Positions 31,948 through 35,675 of a stretch of DNA of 35,675 bases are shown here, one piece after another. A program made the position numbers and the translations under genes. Each line of letters begins with the position of its first letter. Position 1 is the first letter of the stretch. The notes beneath the pieces are model-generated. The model saw only the letters and a list, made by a program, of their open reading frames with translations. It did not search any database and was not told the DNA's origin. The stretch covers positions 211,440 to 247,114 of the forward strand of contig MU005980.1 in NCBI GenBank assembly GCA_010093745.1, read 5' to 3'. Source of the DNA: Piedraia hortae CBS 480.64. Lineage: Eukaryota.

Positions 31948-32801
31948 GAGTGTTGGAGCAGTTGCCCCACTGCTACGGCGTTGGGTGGAGTCGTTCTGAC
32001 TCGTTTTTAGTTGAGATTGGTTTTTGGCGTTAAAGTTTTAGGTCGAGAAAGACAGATTGTGGTATTGGTAGCTTTTTATGTTTCGATAGATCGATAGTTT
32101 GGTCAATTGCTTGAGTGAATCCACTGCGTGCATGGCGCCGCTGAATGGACACTTTTGGCGGATAACCCTAAAAGCCATTTAGCTCTAACCGAATTATTAA
32201 AGAGATTTCGAGCATATGTGCCCGAATTGTCACAAAGCACGCTTTATACTCCCACTTAAAGTGCGTAGATAAATTGCAGTAGGAGGGACAGTGCAGGGCA
32301 ATAGATCACATGACTCTGACAGAGCGGGATGAAGGAGAGAGGGGAAGATGGGATGGAGGTATGGTGCGGCTCACCTAATCGATGTAACCAGCCCTTTTTC
32401 ACCTATAACTTCGCAACAAGGCCCTCAATCGGAGATCAAACGGTACAAAGTATTCTTCCGATAGCGCTCAATAGAATGAACATGTTCATTGCATTGCATA
32501 CGCAGAGCTAAATAAGACAATTCGAAAAGGCGTGACGGACTGCGGACTAGGCCTCGTTGGAGTACGAGACAAATTGTTCCAACCAGGTATGCATAGACTA
32601 CCAGAAAGGTATTGTACGAAAGCGCCGTGGTTGCGTATATATCGACAGCGCAGGTTCTTCCATCGCGGACCAGCCTCTCAAGTTGAGAAACATGGCCGAA
32701 ACCAAATCAGGCAATTACTCTATTACACATGTCTCTAACGAGGAATGGCTCAGAGACCGTGGTCAGCGAATATGAGGCTGGATGAAGGGCATTATGCCCC
32801 A

Positions 32802-34355
32802 TTAATGCAATAGGATGTCAACCGAAACGCTGGGTGATCCGCCTCTATGACTCAAAGCACTATCCAGAGCACTTTTTCTAGGGTCTCTGACCAGATGATA
32901 CAAAGCATGCAACGGAGAACTTTCCGATGGCGGAGAAAGATGCACGCAAGACCAATCTTCCCCAAACGAATCTTGTAACAGTTGTCCTAAGCTCTGACTA
33001 CCCTGCAAGGCTTCCGACTCTAACGTACGGCTAGTAAAAATGGGCAATATAGCGAATGTACCCTGCGGCCCTGAAGGATCGCTAATGATGATATGAAGGT
33101 TTGTGGCGATAGCGTCCTGCAAAGCATCAAGATTGTAGAATGCCCACTGTACTGCCCTTCTACGTTCGTATCAAGCACGCATCACGTTGTTCTCGGTGAG
33201 ATCCTCCTGGTTTGGGGGAAAATCAGCAATTCTCACGGGGCCAGATAAGATGTGTCCAATGTTGAGGTCTTGGCATTGTAGATCTGCATGTTCCACGAGT
33301 CGACAATACCAGAAGTAGTCCGCCCAGAGCGAGCCATTACCAATCCATACGAACTCTCGCCTCAACCCACCTATGAACGCAGTGGAAACCTGGATCTGGA
33401 TAATCGAAATGCATGCTGTGCCGTTTCGAATTCTGGCGTTCCAGTAGCTAGCAGCAAACATCCCATTGAAATCATCTCCGCCTGGATGCACGAAGTGCTT
33501 CATCTTGACCCGAACATCATGCAGGAACAGGGGGCTTGGCGTCGGGTGGATATCGGAAACCCGCACCATTCCACGGCTCAGCGTTGTAAACACCGACTTT
33601 GGCGGTGGTTGGTGATGTTAAACCTTACAGGAGGCGAACATTGTGTCACCGGATGATCTCGAAATGGTAGGCCAGGGTTGGCTCTCAGCGCTCGCCAAGT
33701 ATGTCGGCGTACTCGTAGTCTCTTCGATTCCTTCGCAAAAATCGGGCCCCTCCTCAGACTTCTCATTGCCAATGGCCTGGGCTGCCGCCTTTAGGCGTGC
33801 GATAAGAAGCCGTAGCGTCTCCAAGTTTACTATTAATGTATCCTTCAGACAAAATGGTATTGTTTGCGTCGAACTAACTCGCGCGAACCGTAGGTCTAAG
33901 ATCGCGTCTCGTACATATTTTCTCAATGTCAACGGAGGCCATTACCTCGTTAGGCGACAACTCTCGGATAGCCTTCTCCAAGTGTATCTCAATGATTCCG
34001 AGAGCAAGGCCCAGGAAGTCGTCCCGATATTCATTAGGTAGCCCGTTCCAAAGGCTCGAAATCTCATAAGCCATCGGAGTGGCCAACCCGATCCATTCCA
34101 GCTCTGCTCACAAGATTGAATCCAAGGAATAGCAATGCGATTGATGCCGAATGTGAAGGCGGTCTCCTTTTGCGGTCTAAGTTTTAGCTACCTCGGAACA
34201 GAACCCCAGCCTGTGACCAAAATCAACCAGAGGGTAGATATGAAGCGTATTTCGGGCATGTTTGCCGTGGTGAAAAACCGTCCCTCAGAGAGCGCTGCTT
34301 CCTCGTCAAAAATCTGAGTTGTGCTAGAAACAGTTCTGGGATGGACATCTGCCAT
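32802..34355 (-). pseudogene. Fragmented gene of an uncharacterised fungal family (boundaries approximate)
   Basis: A chain of same-strand, protein-like ORF pieces in different frames (ATG 34355; 34086-33874; 33932-33618; 33593-33171; 33122-32802) separated by stops and frameshifts. Confidence 0.5.
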
Positions 34356-34680
34356 GGTGGAAGTAGTTAGTGCAGGAGAACTGTGTTGGGATTCTTCTCT
34401 TCCCCACTCTGGATTATGTTAGTTGTTTAACACCAGAGTGGAAGCGAACGCCTATGACTTGTGTTCAGGCCTTCGCACTCAAAATCAAGTGACCCCTCAG
34501 CAGCAGGAAGAGCCGCGTGTTGAGATTGGTGCTGTAATTCTTATGTCATCCTTTTGTCCCATCTGCGGAAATACTCGACTGCCCGCTGTCTCCCGAAGGG
34601 TGCTAGTCCTTTTTACTTAAACCAGCACCCTTCGGGAGGTCGCCTACAGAAAACTCGAACCCAGCCGGCAAATTCCATCA

Positions 34681-34895
34681 AGTTGAAGGATGTGTCACGT
34701 GATGACCATGAACAACGTCCCCTAACTATACACATATTTGTTGGCATGAAGTCTCATTGCTATGAGTGTAGATGCCAATACGCGACACCGCTTACACCAG
34801 CAGCTGCACCCTAGGTTTTGTCCTAACAGAGGTTTCCCTCAGGTCCTGTCGCATGCGACATGGTGAATGCGCCCTGCTAATGTTTGAGGTGAGTC
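34681..34895 (+). mobile_element. Degenerate remnants: start of the 119-bp element (34681-~34730) abutting a diverged partial third LTR copy (from TGTTGG at 34739)
   Basis: AGTTGAAGGATGTGTCACGTGATGAC is identical to 13312-13337. CAGCTGCACCCTAGG..CAGAGGTTTCCCTCAGG..GACATGGTGAATGCGCCCTGCTA aligns to LTR 4747-4828. Confidence 0.7.
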
Positions 34896-35675
34896 ATGGA
34901 GTAGGGCCGCATGCTGACGGCCTTACTGCATGTATGACCACTTGCTTACGGTCATACGATTGATGACTCTTCATACGAGGCTACGCACGGGCGTTCCAGC
35001 CCAGAAGATATTCTCTGATGTCCCCTCGTAGATACACTTGTATTCACTCATACACACACCGCTACTCTCAATCCATCGTTCCCACTCGCACGTACCATCT
35101 GTTTCAGTTTGTACGTTAGCGTGGAAATCACCCAAAACTCTCATAATCAGGTCCCTGCACCACATAGAGACGTTGGTCTTCATGATCTTGGTCTTTAATC
35201 TACTTTTTCTCGCAGCTTGCAATTTTTGGTCCTACTATGTAGATATCACACAAAAGAGGAATATTACCACAATATCGCCGTAATATTCGGTAATATTCTG
35301 CAGGGCTAGCTGTGATAGCGGTAGAAATCATCAACACCAGTCTAAAATCTCCTGTTCCGCACATCGTAGAAGCTCACTGGCCCCTAAACGTACCTCTACC
35401 AACTTTAATGCCACAACTTAATACTGCATCTCAAATCAACCTTTGCGAGTCCCTCGAAAACGCAGGTGGTTTATCTGTTCACCTAAACATGCTCTCAAGA
35501 TACGCGAAAATGGAAGTAGTCTAAACGTCAAAATAAATTTCCAAGCTAACTCTGAGAAATCAGTGTCAAATAGTAATGCTAAATTTACAATCTACTCCTT
35601 CCAATGCTAACCTATTATAATTGTGAGCAGATGTGTACCTGCATACAAATCTCTACGGAAAACTAGTTGACGCGT

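Overview
Compact filamentous-ascomycete (Pezizomycotina-type) genomic DNA with short (about 45-60 nt) spliceosomal introns. The conserved backbone is cytochrome b5 (runs off the left edge) head-to-head with BiP/Kar2, then a conserved hypothetical protein, the HECT E3 Ufd4, Fmp52, a catalytic-domain-only MTHFR, a LAMTOR2-like roadblock protein, hydroxyacid-oxoacid transhydrogenase, a ZNF830-like zinc finger and a LAMTOR1/Ego1-like lipidated anchor. Between BiP and the conserved block is a ~10 kb accessory island. It holds two inverted solo LTRs, each with its own 5-bp TSD (one has a nested 119-bp insertion, and their first 87 bp are identical), three paralogs of a small protein with a repeated W..STY.PI....R..Y.GY.T..EA motif, an intact but strongly diverged second TATA-binding protein with substitutions on its DNA-reading surface, and a stop-riddled pseudogene. 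The right end has two more pseudogenes (a repeat-rich Ser/Thr secreted protein and an unknown family) and degenerate repeat remnants. The best novelty candidate is the divergent TBP together with the neighbouring small-protein family. All family calls are from recalled sequence motifs; no database search was run.
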